Shown piece by piece: positions 41,904 through 63,155 of a DNA stretch of 64,000 nucleotides (within the stretch, counting starts at the first letter, position 1; each line of letters starts with the position of its first letter). The stretch spans positions 992,001 to 1,056,000 of the forward strand of contig MCFH01000004.1 in NCBI GenBank assembly GCA_002104945.1, given 5' to 3'. The notes beneath the pieces are model-generated. The model did no database searches, had not been told where the DNA came from, and saw only the letters and a program-made list of their open reading frames with translations. A program made the position numbers and the translations under genes. The stretch comes from Piromyces finnis finn (Eukaryota; Fungi; Neocallimastigomycota).

Positions 41904-42303
41904 GTTATTTATATAATTTTAATTGATATTATTTATATTCTATTTAAATAGTTATACTTTTTTTTTTTATTATTATTATAATTATTTCAATTTTAAAGAT
42001 TTATAAATATCTTATTTAAAACTAGCTTCTTTGTATATATTAATTGTAGTACAATAAAAATAAAAAAAAAAAATAAAAAAAAAAAAATAATAATAAAATT
42101 TAAATTTTGATTTATAAATTTATTATAATATATTATAATATATTATTTATTAAATTATTTTAAAGTTTTTTTTTTTTTTTTTTTTTTAATTATAAAAGAT
42201 AAATTACACAAAATAATCGAAATAGAAATAAAATGAATTTGGAAAAGATTCTTATAAAGAAAACAGAGGGAAAAGTATTCAAAAATAGTATTTTTCTATA
42301 TCA

Positions 42304-44171
<1,868 letters not shown>

Positions 44172-44759
44172 TTATATATTTCAAAATTCTCTTTCTCTCT
44201 TTGTTATTATTATATTTAATTTTAATTGCTTTCACCATAAAAATTATTAATATTTATAATTATTTTTTGTTAAACTACCAATAAAATATTTATTATTATT
44301 AAAAATTAATTTTATTCTGTATTAGGAATATTTAAAAATATATTTTACATTTTTTTAACACTTTTATACATATATTTTATTTTTATTTATTGCTTTTTTT
44401 TTTTTTTTTATGTGTATTATTTTATTTTTATTAATTTTTTTTTTTTAATAAGTTATGGGCGCTAAAATATGGTTTATTTAAAAAAAAAAAAAAAAGTGAA
44501 TTTAAATAACGAAATTAAATACAAAATTTCATTTATAAAGTTAAAATTAAAATAATATGAAATAAAATAAAATGAAATTAAAAAATTAAAAAAGGAATAA
44601 ATGATGAAAAAAAAAAAAAGTATACATATATATATAATAGATTATGAGAATTATTATTATTATTATGTTTGAAAAAATTACATCTTGAATTAAAAAAATT
44701 CAACTTTTTAACAATACAATAGAATAAAAAAAAATTTTTTTTTTTATGTTTTATATATT

Positions 44760-47595
44760 TTACATAAATTGATTTGGTTCACTGTCACTATCACTTGTTT
44801 CATCCTCTGAATCACTGGATTCAACACTTGATTCATCACTACTGGTTTCTTCATTTTTGTTTTCTTTCTTTTTACTACACTTTGGTTTTGAAACTTTTTT
44901 AACATAATTATACAATTTATATAATGTAGCTGGATCAATCGTTTCTATATCCAATTCTATTTCTTCTTGAGAATCTTTTATATCTGGTATTGAACTTCTA
45001 ATAATATCAACAACACCACTGATTTTTTCTTCTGATAAATAATTAATCATTTCACTTAATTCTTTTTTCTGATTATATGTAATCTCAGCAACCTTTGGTT
45101 GCTTTGACTTAGCTCCTCTTCCTATTTCTTTATTCTTTCCCTTGGCTTTTGTTTTTGTTTTTCTTTCTTTTTTAAGTGGTGGATTAATTCTATTTTTCAT
45201 CTTAATAGGTATTTCTTCTCCTTGGTATATTTTACCTCCTTTCCATTTCACACCACACTTATTACAAAGTGTTCCTTTACCATTAGGACCTCTACGCCAC
45301 ATTGGAGTGTCCGTATCACCACAATATTCACAGACTCTTTTAATATCATAAGAATTTTCTTTACTAATTTCTTGGGTTCTTTTCCTTCCTTTCGTTTCAG
45401 TCTTTATTGTTCGTTTATTTACCTTTTTTATTACTTTTTGAGAAATCTTACTTTTCTTTTTTGATGTTTGTATTTCATCTTCTAAATCATCTTCTTCTAA
45501 TTCTTTCACATCTGGAATGTATGATTTATTTAATTTTGATTTACTTGACCTTCTTTTTAATAATTTATTTGTATTATTAGTTAAAAGGTTAGTCTGATTT
45601 AATAATTCCTCAATATTATCTGATTCCGATTGATAATCATAACTATTAATATTTAATGATTTTGCTAAACGCTTAGCTTTCTTTTTCAATTGTCTAGCTT
45701 TAGATTGTACTTGCAAAAGTTCCAATTGCTTTGTTACATTTTGTAAGCATATAGTTAAATTATTAATTTGTCTTTCAACTAAATCATCAACAGGATCCAT
45801 TGAATAAATTTGATCTGATGTGAGTGTTGGTATTTTTGTTAAGCTTTTAAATAATTTTGATTTAGACGATTTTTTACTTATACTTCCCGTTTGTGTTGTA
45901 ATTTTCCTAATTTTTGAATGTGAATCTTTTGATTTCATTCTCGATAATACCTTACGACTAGCCCGTATTAATGAATTTGTCTTGCGTCTTAAACTATCTG
46001 CGTCATTTTCAACAAATTCATCATCATCATCATCTTCTTCTTCTTCATCTTCGTCTTCATAATCTTCAATTTCACTTTTTCCTTCTTCTAATTGCTCTTC
46101 TGAATCTATTTCTTCTACATCATCTTCTTCAACATCATTTTCATTTTTAATTTGATTCTTTTTATTTTTTACCTTTATTGAATCTAAAATATTGGTAGCA
46201 CGTGTTGTGGCAATTAACTTTTTAATGGTGGTTTTAGTAGTTATATTGGGTTCTTCTGATTTAATAGATTTTGATTTTGAAAGATGAATAATTTCTTTTT
46301 TATCATTAGATTCATCATTTAAACTTTTACTTAAATTTTCTTCCTTTGTATCTTCATTGGTATATTTATGTACAACTTTCATTTTTTTTGGTAAATGATA
46401 TTCAGGTTCTAAATGCTGAACAGCTTTAATTTGTCTTTTGGGTCTTTTATCTTTAATATTTAAACCATTATTTTCATCCTCATTTAATATTTTAAGTGAT
46501 GCTTGAACCTCGGGTGATAATCTTCTCAATTGTTCAATAAAATAATCATTTAATGCCAATCCTGCAATATGAACCGGATTTTCGGGTGGATTATAGGTAA
46601 AACAATTATTAAACATTAGCTGAACATCACAAATATATTCATTAATATCTTTATACTTGTTATTTTTTATTTTTGCCATAATTGTTGATAAATCCATAGG
46701 ATGTTTTATTATAATTAAATAATCTGGTATATTTAATAATACAGGATCTACTGGTTTTAAAAATGGAAATGATCTTGGATGTAATTGAAGAGAACGAGTA
46801 ATATCTGTACATATATTGATTTCACTTCTTGGCATTTTATGACTTTTCTCTTTTTCATTGGGATTTACTTTATTTATATTATCAACTTTTACTATTACCT
46901 TATTACAATCAGCTTTTTGTACTTTTGAAGAATCATTATTAATTATTTCGTCTTTACTTTCATTTTCAACAAATTTTGTTGACTCGTCTTTTTCATTGTT
47001 TTCGTTTTCTCTATTTAACTTTTCTTTATCATTATTAATATTTATATTATTATTATTATTTATGTTGGTATTATTATTATTATTTTTCTCTTTTTGAATA
47101 ATTTCTTTATTTTCATTTATATTTTCACTTAAATCCTGATTGCTTTTGTTTCTATCTGATTCTATGATATTTTCTTTATTTTCAATTTTATTTATGTCAT
47201 TTGAATTATTTTCTTCTATTTCAATATTGTTTGTATTTAATTCAACTTTTGAATCCGAAATATCATTTTTTATATTTATTATTATTTCACTTGAATTTTC
47301 ACTTTTTTTATCAGGTATGTTAATCTCTTTTTATATTTTTTTAAAAATACATAATATATATATTTATAGATTAAATTAATATTATTGTTAAATTTATTTA
47401 AAAGTAAACCAATTTAATATAATATTTATTACCTTTTTTCAAATTAATCTGTGGTGTATCTGGAGGTGATAATATATTTGGTTTTATATTTTTTAAATGA
47501 ATTTTTGTTTTTTCAGGTATACTTTTTATTTGATTATCTACAGTTTCATTTTTCTCATTAGTGTTTATTGGTGTTGGTTCTTCCTCTATAGACAT
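44760..47595 (-). CDS. BET-like protein with one bromodomain, a GATA-type zinc finger and an ET/NET domain
   Basis: Exons 47595-47433 and 47326-44760 join in frame. Bromodomain: SFPFLKPVDPVLLNIPDYLIIIKHPMDLSTI...MFNNCFTYNPPE. Zinc finger C-x2-C-x18-C-x2-C: CEYCGDTDTPMWRRGPNGKGTLCNKC (45255-45332). ET: TYNQKKELSEMINYL...EIELDIETIDPATLYKLYNYV. Acidic Ser-rich tail. Confidence 0.9.
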
Positions 47596-49001
47596 TATAT
47601 ACTATTCTTATATATGAAATAAAATATATTTAGTTTTAATTAATTATAACTAAATAAAATTTGAAAATGTATTTCTTATTTATATTTATTCTAAATTTAT
47701 AGTTCAAAGAAAAAGTTTATGATCATATAACCATTTAACCCTTTAAAAATATATACATAATAAATATTATTTATTATAATAATATTTATATTGAATTTTA
47801 GTTATTGAATATATTATCATTTTATTCTAAATAAGAAAGTGATAAAAAAATGTTTTTTCTCAATCGAATTAATAATTTTTTAAATAATTATAAAATCATT
47901 TTGTGAAATTTAATTTTTCAGAAATTTTATAAACAATTTTTTCCGGCCGGTTTTATATTTAAGATTTCAATTTATTTTTTTATAATCAATATCCGAATTA
48001 TTTATATTCCTGTTTTTAATACAATATACTTTGATAATGCTATTTGAAATTTACATTTTAATTGAGAGATTTTATTTTACCAAAGAGCAAAATTTAAAAT
48101 TGAACAAAAAAAATTCTTTTTCTTTCTGCTCAATATCTTTTAATATTTATATTAATATTTTTTAAAAAAAAAAAAAAAAAAAGTGAAATTATTTGTCTAT
48201 TTATATAAAAATATATGTAATTAAAATATATATAATAATAATATAATGATAATATATAATCATTATATTGTTAATATATTTAAAATAAATTTTATTTTTC
48301 TTTAAATAAATTTGAAATTTATCTATTGTATTCTTTCAATATTAATAAATTTCCAAATGTATATTTTAATTTAATCATATTACTATGCATATTACTTTGA
48401 ATACTTTAAAAAAAAAAAAAGAATAATACCTACTATACTACTATCAATAATATGAAATTACCATGTAGTAATAGAATTTTCAGTAATAATAATGGTGGTA
48501 ATAGTAATAATGTTATTAAAAATATTATTAATAATTAATAATAACAATAGGAATAGAATTAATAAAAATATAATTTATATATCATATTTTATCAAATAAA
48601 AAGAATCAAAATTTATGGTGTTTATTAAGATAGAAAACCATAAATTTTAATGTATATTTAATGAATCTTTTTTCTTTATAAAATTGATACATTAAATACA
48701 TTATTTTGATATTTGGAATGTATGATTGGCTTATGTTGTTGTATTGATTGGAACAATTTCAAGATTGTATTAAGTTTTAATACCTGGAAATTAGAAATTA
48801 TTTAAAAAAAAAAAACAAGTTTTTAATATAAATTATCAATAATATATATACTAGTATATAATTAATATTATTTATATATATTCATATATATTTTAATACA
48901 TTAATACAAATTTAAAAAAAAAAAAAAAAATATAAAATAAATAGTTTTTCTTTTATTTTTAAAAAAGTTGATTTTTATTTAAATAATCGGTAATAAATAA
49001 A

Positions 49002-50039
49002 ATGGAAAGTCAAGATAATAAATTATTTTCTGATGTTTTCGAAATTGTCGAAAAAGATAAGGGTGGTAAAAAATTCGATAGAGGTATATATCAAATTAAT
49101 AAAAAAAAAATAAATTTACAAAATTTTTATAAAATCTTATATTTTTTTAAACAATCATTAAAATGAAGATCTTATATATTCGAAATAACAAATTAATTAT
49201 TCCAATAATAAAATCTTTACAAGATATAATCAAATAGAGTCGTTAATATTAAAGTATGCTTTTATTATAAATTAACATTAATATCATATTAATATTGAAT
49301 AAGGATATAAAAATAATCCAAATTAATTTTAGTAAAATTTAAAAAAGACCATTAGTTCAAAATTTTAAAATTTTGGTTCAATTCAAATGAATTATATAAT
49401 TCAATTATTTTATTTCATAAAAAAAAAAAAAAAAAAAAAAGCGGATAACATATCTAGTTACAAAATATAAAAGAATAAATAGTGGAAGCATACTTATTTA
49501 TTTATTAAATAATTCTTAATATTTCAAAATTTAGTATTTAGAATTTTAATAGTAATATTTTATTTAATATTCTTTATATCTTATAATTATATTAAAAGTA
49601 TCCAGAATTCAAGGTAGAAGTGAAAATTATGAAATGGATCTCACTTTAGATGTTAATACTGAAATATACCCAATTGAAATCGGTGATAAATTTGCTTTAA
49701 TGTTAGCTTCATCTTTATCCCTTGATGGTGCTGAAAAAACTGAAATTTGGAGAGAAGATTTAAAAGACAGTTTAGCTGATGATTATGAATATGTTATGTA
49801 CGGAAAGGTTTTCAAGTATGATGATTCAAATGGTTCTAAAGTGTAAGTTGAATATATTAAAGGATTTTGATGTTTTACTTCCTATAATAATAATGTATTG
49901 TTTATCTAAAATAATATATGTTTACAGTTCAATATATATTTCTTATGGTGGTCTTTTAATGTGTTTAGAAGGAGATTATCGTCATTTACAAAACATCGAA
50001 GTTGGAAAATTCATATATTTACTCATGAGAAAAAGTTAA
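49002..50039 (+). CDS. RPB8: RPB8 / RPABC3, shared subunit of RNA polymerases I, II and III
   Basis: LFSDVFEIVEKDKGGKKFDRVSRIQGRSENYEMDLTLDVNTEIYP...LADDYEYVMYGKVFK...YISYGGLLMCLEGDYRHL. Confidence 0.95.
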
Positions 50040-51094
50040 ATAGATATTAAGGAAATATCAAAATTAATATAAAAAAATTTTTAGAAAGCATTTGAAACAA
50101 AGTTTTAGTATACTAATTTATTAACATTTATTTATATAATCATTTAATATTTTAAAATTATTAAAAAAAATATGTTATTTTAAATTCAAAATAAAATTAC
50201 TATTAAAAATAAAAATATAATTTGAAATAGTGTTATTATTATAATAATTAGTGTGTTGATATTTATGAATCTTTAGAAATTTTTTATTTTATTTTATTAA
50301 TTTTTAAATTTTTAACGTAAACACGTGAATATCACTATTACATAATAAAAGTGTAGTTATTTTAAATATATGTAATTATATCATTAATATAAATTAATTA
50401 AATACAATTTTTTTTTTTTTTCAATCCTATTAAAATTGAAATTTAATTATTATCACTATATACCTTTTTTAATAAACGAAGAAGAAAAGAAAAAAGAGCA
50501 AAATCAAATAAAATATACAATTTAAAAGTGAATTTATAAATATTTAAAATAAAATTATTTAAAAAATAATAATTCCTTTTTTCATCTTTTCTTCTTTTTA
50601 ATAATTTTTATATAAATTTAATAAAATTTTTTATTTTTTTTAATTGTAATTGTTCCATCAATAAATTACTTTTAATTCAAAACTAATAATATAAAAAGGT
50701 AATTTATAAAATATAAAATTTGTTTTTATATAACACATATAGAATTATAAAATATAAAAAAAATAAAAAAATAAAAATCTATATTCAATTTTTTATGCAA
50801 TTTTATTATTATTGTTGTTGTTGTTATTTATGAAAAAAAAATTATTAAAATTAAAAAATTTAAATTTTTTTATTTAATATTTAATTTTTAAAATTTTCAA
50901 TACATTTTAACCATTTTATTATCATTATTCTTTTTAAATATATGTATATATATATATATAATTTTTATGCATACTGAATACTCTATTCATATACAATAAA
51001 TTTTTCATATCAATACTCAAAAAATAAAATGAAATATATTAAAATTATAGATCCTAAGATTTCAAAATAAAAAAAAAAAAATTATAATAAAAAG

Positions 51095-54000
51095 ATGTTC
51101 TTATATAATTTAACTCTTCAACAATCAAGTGTTATAAATCAAGCATTCATTGGTAACTTTTCAGGAAATAGAACACAAGAAATAATTGTTGCAAGAGGTT
51201 CAGTTCTTGAATTGTTAAGACCAGATTCAACTACTGGTAAAGTTCATTCTGTTCTTACTCAAGAAGTATTTGGAATAATCAGATCAATAATACCTTTCAG
51301 ACTTACTGGTGATTCAAAAGGTAAAAAAATAGATAAAAAATATTTGAAAATAAAAAACAACAATAAATTACATTTCATCTTCTAATTTCAATTATTATAT
51401 AAAAATATAATACAATTTTCACAATTTTTTTTTTATTTTATATAAATATATATATTAAAGATTATATTGTTATAGGTTCGGATTCTGGAAAATTAGTTAT
51501 CCTCGAATATAATCCAATAAAAAATCAGTTTAATAAATTACATGAAGAAACTTATGGTAAAACTGGATGTAGAAGAATTGTTCCAGGTCAATATTTAGCA
51601 GCTGACCCAAAAGGAAGAGCAATTATGTTAAGTAAGTAAAATAAAAAATAAAAATAAAAAATAAAAATATTAAAGCACTAAAATAGTGTATTATTTGCAA
51701 AATAATTAGGTGCTGTTGAAAAACAAAAACTTGTTTATATTTTAAATCGTGATTCTTCTGCAAAATTAACAATATCTTCACCATTAGAAGCTCATAAATC
51801 TCATACAATTATTTATCATACTGTTGGTGTCGATGTTGGTTTCGAAAATCCAATATTTGCTTGTATAGAAATAGATTATTCAGATGCTGATGAAGATCCA
51901 ACTGGTGAAGCTTTCTTAAATGCGGAAAAAGTATTAACAATAAAATATTAAATAATTTTTAATTATATACATCTAAACTATTAAATATTATATTTATACT
52001 TACCTTTTCACCTTTTCATAAATATAAACAATCGAAATAATTTATATATTTATTTTTAATATTGATACTACTATAATACTACTATATAAATACTACTTAT
52101 ATTTTATTATAAATTAAATATTAAAGACATTAACATATTACGAGCTTGACCTTGGTTTAAACCATGTTGTTAGAAAATGGAGTGAAGTTATTGATTCAAG
52201 ATCAAATTATTTAATTTCAATACCAGGTGGTAATGATGGACCAAGCGGTGTATTAGTTTGTTCAGAAAATTATATTACATGGATGCATCAAGATTGTCAA
52301 AGCATAAGAATACCAATACCAAGAAGACCAAATAGAATGGATAATCACCTTGGAGAAGATGAAGAAAGAGGTGTAATAATAATATCAAGTGTAATGTTAA
52401 AAATGAAACACGCATTATTTATATTTGTTCAAACTGAAGATGGTGATATATTTAAGATCACTATTAATAGTGTTAATTATGATGGTTATTCAAAAATTGA
52501 AGAAATTAAAATTAAATATTTTGATACTGTTCCAGTTGCTAGTGGTATGTGTTTATTAAAAACAGGTTTCTTATTTGTTGCAAGTGAAACAGAAAATCAG
52601 TAAGTATTTATTTGGTATTCCTTTTTTTTAAATATATATATATATATGTATGTAAATAATTAAAAGTCAAAATCTATATATCAACTAATATAATAATTAT
52701 TCATATTAATATTCAATTTTTCAATAAAATAATAAAGTTATCTTTATCAAATAGAAAATCTTGGTGATGATGAAGAAGATCAACCAGAATATTCAAGTAA
52801 TGATTTCCCACAAGGTGATATCGATGAACTTGATGATATTACAGTTTACTTCAAACCAAGAGGTTTAATAAATTTAACTGCTGTGGATGAAATGGAATCA
52901 TTATGTCCATTAATTGATTCTAAAATTATTAACATTGGAGAAGAAGATAGTCCACAATTTTATACTCTTTGTGGAAGAGGTTCAAAATCAACTTTCAGAA
53001 TTTTAAGACATGGTCTTGAAGTTTCAGAAATGGCTGTTTCGGAATTACCAGGTAATCCATTAGCAGTATGGACAGTTAAAACAAATGCATCAAGTGAATA
53101 TGATTCATATATTGTTATATCATTTATTGATGCAACACTTGTACTTTCAATTGGTGAAACAGTAGAAGAAGTAACAGATACTGGTTTTCTTTCATCCACA
53201 CCAACCCTTGATGTAGGACAACTTGGTGATAATACATTAATTCAAATTTATCCAAATGGTGTAAGACACATTAGATCAGATAGAAGAGTCAATGAATGGA
53301 AAGCTCCAGGAAATAAAACTATTGTTAAAGCTGCTTGTAATCATCGTCAAGTTATTCTTGGTTTGACTGGTGGAGAATTGGTATACTTTGAATTAGATCC
53401 ATCAGGACACCTTAATGAATACCAAGAACATAAAGAAATGGCATCTCAAATATCTTGTTTAGCACTTGGTCCAATTCCAGAAGGCAGACAAAGATCTAAA
53501 TTCATGGCTGTTGGTTGTGTGGACAATACTATCAGAATCTTTTCACTTGACCCTGATTCTTGTTTACAACCACTTGCAATGCAAGCTGTCAATTCTATTC
53601 CAGAATCATTATCTATTATAGAAATGAAAGACTTTAGTGTTGATGGTCAAAATACATTATATTTAAATATGGGTTTACAAAATGGTATATTGTTAAGAAC
53701 CGTAATTGATACTGTTACAGGGGCTTTAAGTGATATGAGAATGAGATTCTTAGGTACACGTCCAGTAAAATTATTTGAAATTAAAATTAAGGGTGAGCCA
53801 GCTTTATTAGCCCTTTCTAGTCGTCCATGGATTACATATTCATATCAATCAAAAACAACATTAATTCCATTATCTTATGAAACCTTAGAATATGGTTCTA
53901 GTTTCTGTTCAGAGCAATGTCCAGAAGGTATTGTAGCAATTACTGGAAACACTCTTAGAATTTTAACTGTTGAAAAATTAGGAAATGTATTCAATCAATC

Positions 54001-54799
54001 AATAATACCATTAAAATACACACCAAGACGTTTTATATTACACAAACCTACTAATAACTTTGTTATTATTGAATCAGAACAAAATACTTGGTGTCCATCT
54101 GAAAAGGCTAAATTTAAGGAAAATCAAATGGATACTAGTGAAGGTGATGAAAATGATGAATTACCTGTAGAACAATTTGGTTTACCAAAAGCAGAACCAG
54201 GTAAATGGGCTTCTTGTATTCGTGTATTTGATGCAACTAGTGGTGAAACTACATGTGAAATTGAATTAGATAACAATGAAGCCGCTTTTAGTATTACTAC
54301 TTGTGTTTTCCAAAGTCATCCAGATGAAACCTTTGTTGTAGTTGGTACTGCCCAAGATGTTATACTTTCCCCAAGAAATTGTACCGCTGGTTTTATTCGT
54401 ATTTATCGTTTCACAGAAGATCAAAAGGCCTTAGAACTTGTTCATAGAGTAAATATAGGAAAAATTATTATTCTCTTTTTTTAAATATTAATATTAATAT
54501 AAATTTAAAAAAAAAAAAAAAAAAAAAAATTAAATCATATTTATATATAAATATCGCATAAATAAAATTCTAGACTTTAATTGATGATATTCCAATGGCA
54601 TTATGTCAATTCCAAGGTAGATTATTAGTCGGTATGGGAAAGATTCTTAGAATTTATGATATAGGAAAAAGAAAAATGTTAAAAAAATGCGAAAATAAGG
54701 TAAATATAATTTTTTTTTTTTAAAAAAAAAAAATTATAATTATTAAATTATCTAAATTTTAAAAAGACAAAAATAATTATTAATATGTTTATTGTTGTA

Positions 54800-54833
<34 letters not shown>

Positions 54834-55538
54834 TAGCAATTCCCAAATATGATTTTAACTATTCATACCCAAGGTGATAGAATTGTTGTTGGTGATGTTC
54901 AAGAATCCGTTACATATGCTACCTATAAAAATCGTGAAAATCGTATAATTATATTTGCAGATGATACCATTCCAAGATGGATAACATGTACAACAATGGT
55001 TGATTATGATACAGTTGTTGGTGGTGATAAATTTGGAAACTTCTTTGTTGATCGTTTACCATCATCAACATCTGAAGAAGTAGATGAAGATCCAACTGGT
55101 AATCGTTTAATATATGAAAAGGGTTATCTTCAAGGTGCTCCACACAAAGTTACCCATTTATGTGAATATCACGTTGGTGAAACATTGAGTTCAATCAATA
55201 GAGCAACTTTAATTGCTGGTGGAAAAGAAATTTTATGTTATACAACAATTTTAGGAAAAATTGGTGTATTTATTCCATTTATAAATCGTGAAGATGTAGA
55301 CTTTTTCCAAAACTTGGAAATGCATCTTAGGGAAAATGCTCCACCACTTTGTGGAAGAGATCATTTAGCTTACCGTTCATATTATATTCCAGTTAAAAAT
55401 GTTATTGATGGTAATTTATGTGAACAATATAATTCATTACCTTATGAAAGAAAAGCCATGATTGCTGAAGAATTAGATAAAACAATTAGTGAAGTATCAA
55501 AAAAGATTGAAGATATGAGAGTTAGAGTTGCATTCTAA
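51095..55538 (+). CDS. RSE1: SF3B3 / Rse1 (SAP130) U2 snRNP subunit
   Basis: [10 protein letters not shown]...[109 protein letters not shown]. Confidence 0.97.
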
Positions 55539-56443
55539 TTTAGTTTTTATTTTTACCTCTTTTTTTTTTCCTTATGTTAATTATTTTCTTAAATAGAAAA
55601 ATCAATTTACTTTTTTTATAATTACAATTTAGTTTATTAAATATATTAAAATGCAAGCAAATAATGTTAAAAAAAAAGTTTAAAAGTCAACCTTTACAAT
55701 ATACAATATCTATTTTTATATAATACCATATGTCATTAATTTTGTAATTAATTTTTTTTAATATCAATTTATATATAAATAAAATATTATAATAATAATA
55801 AAAATAAATTTTGTTGAACTATTTTTATTAAATTTAATAAAGATGTTAAAAACATAATCAAAAGTAAACGTAATTGTATGTCATTTCATTATTATAAATA
55901 GGTCTTTATTATAGGATTTCAAGTAAAGTATAAATTTTACACAGTTAACATTGATTATGTATAAATAATAATTTTCTTAAAACTTTTTAAAAAAAAAAAA
56001 AGTTTTAAAATTTCATAAATCAAGGACTATTTTGCTTTTGAAGTTAAAATTATTTTAATATAATGTTTATCTTCATTGCTATTGAAAATAATATAGATAT
56101 ACTACTACTAGTTATATGTATAAAGTATATTTTTTATATTTGTAAATATTATATATATATATATATTGAAACTTTCTATTTCTTTTTAATTTTTTAATTA
56201 AACCTTTTTATGTACAAAATGAATGAATTCTTTCCTATTAAATAATTTTTTTAAAAAAAGAAAAAAAAAAAAAAAAAATTTTAATCAAATAACCTTCCGA
56301 AAATAAAATAATAATTAGACACAAAATAAAATAAAATAAAAATATTTAATATTTATTTTTATTATTTTTTTTTTTTTTCTATTACATAATATCAAAAATC
56401 AATAATGGATTGAATCTACTTTGAATAAAAATTATGAATTTTA

Positions 56444-61124
<4,681 letters not shown>

Positions 61125-62024
61125 TTCAATTTAATTAATTTAATATATTTTATTATTGTAATTGTTATTATATCTTTTCTTCTCTGTATTTATATTGATG
61201 ATATTATATAATATAATTATAATTATACTTTGGTACTATGTACATTATAAGAAAATTGAGAAGATATGAAATAAAGATATAAAATAGAAATGTTAATTTT
61301 AAATATTTTATTATTAATTTTACAAAAAAAAAATAGAAAGTAAATTATTTACTAGAATTTTAAATATTGTTATATTAATCACTATATTATAAAGGAATAA
61401 AATAATAATTTACATTATATACATTAAATAAAAGTTATATTGCTACAATTTATTCAAATACTTTAAATTTATTATAAAATAAATAGTTATATATTAAATT
61501 AAAATTTAAAAAAAAAAAACAATTTATTGATATAAATCTTATATACATATTAATACTAAATCATTAAATTTATCATTAAATTTACTTCCTAAAAATAAAA
61601 ATAAATATATAAAAGTTTAACGGTAAAAGGATTTGATAATAATCATTCAGAAATAAAATGTAATAATGGGAAATATATTAATAATTTAAAGTTTAATAAA
61701 ATTGTTTAAACAATGAATTTCATTTGTATTTTGAATAATTAATTACTTCCAAAAATAATTAAATAAAGAATTTAAAAAATCTTTTTTTTTTTTTTTTTCT
61801 CTTACTATATATAAATTTCAGATTTTAAATAATAAATTTCAATGGACAATTCTTTTAATTTTATTTCTTCAATACTTTATAATTTTATTAAAAAATAAAG
61901 TTTTAGATTTTAAAAAAAAAAATATTTGTTAAAAAATATTAAAAAATTTTTCTTATTCTCATTCCAAATAATTAAATAATAATTTTGATTATTTGGTAAC
62001 TTTCACCAAGAATTTAAAATTTAC

Positions 62025-62079
<55 letters not shown>

Positions 62080-62080
62080 C

Positions 62081-62151
<71 letters not shown>

Positions 62152-62227
62152 CTTATTTATTTATTTATTTATTTAGTTAGTTAGTTAGTTATTTATTTAT
62201 TTATTTATTCAGTCATTCATTCATTTA
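62025..62227. repeat. (TTTA)n microsatellite with TTAG/TTCA variants at the right end
   Basis: About 200 bp between the divergent FIGNL1 and importin-like starts. Confidence 0.9.
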
Positions 62228-63155
62228 TTATTTTTCTATTAATTGCTATATTTACTAATTTTAAAATAAAGTAATTGTAGCTTAATTATCGGTTAAAAGT
62301 AAATAGTAAAAAAAAAAAAGAAATATTAAATAATAGAAATAAATACCATTCTCTTCTTTATTACACTTTTTTTATTTTTACACTCATTGTAAATTTTAAA
62401 AGAAAGTTTTAATATGTTAAGTATTATCCTCCATAAAAAATTTTTCCTCTTTCTTTTCATTGGGTATAGCATAATTAATCAAGTAGCCTTTTATTATATC
62501 AATTTAACTTTACTCATTTTTGGATATTTTATATTATGTGTATGTAACATTGATTAATAAAGTATTATATAGAAAAGTAAATATTAACGTTTCGTAATTA
62601 AAAGAATGAGTTTTAATTAATACCAAAGAAAACTTGTAACATTATTTCTTAATAAAATGAAAAATTAAAGTTAAAAATAAACTATATAACTATTAATATA
62701 TGGGGAAAAAATAATATAAATTAACTTTTCAAAATATTTTTTTTATTTTTTTTTTTTTTTTTTTTGGTATAATAAATATGAATTTTTTTTTAATTTAAAA
62801 TCGTTTAATTAAATAAAAAAAAATTGTAAATAGCATTCCAGAAATTAAATACATTCTAAAATTATTTTTTAATTTAAATATAAATTCATATATAGCATAA
62901 CATAAAAATAAGATTTTATTAATATATATCATCTATTTTATCTATTTTAAATTATAATACAATTTAGTAAATTATTCTATATACCTTTAAATAACTAAAT
63001 AATATATATAACACCAACTATATCTATCATAGATATAAATACGTATATATTATTAATACATTTAAAAAGAAAAAAGGAAACATTACTATTCTAAATTAGT
63101 ATTCATTTCTAATCAAATATTTTTAAATATTTTGAGTATAAATATCTTTAACAAG

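Noticed and set aside
45142-47379. Several + strand ORFs over the BET-GATA gene
   Set aside because: Antisense shadows of a K/E/N-rich coding strand.
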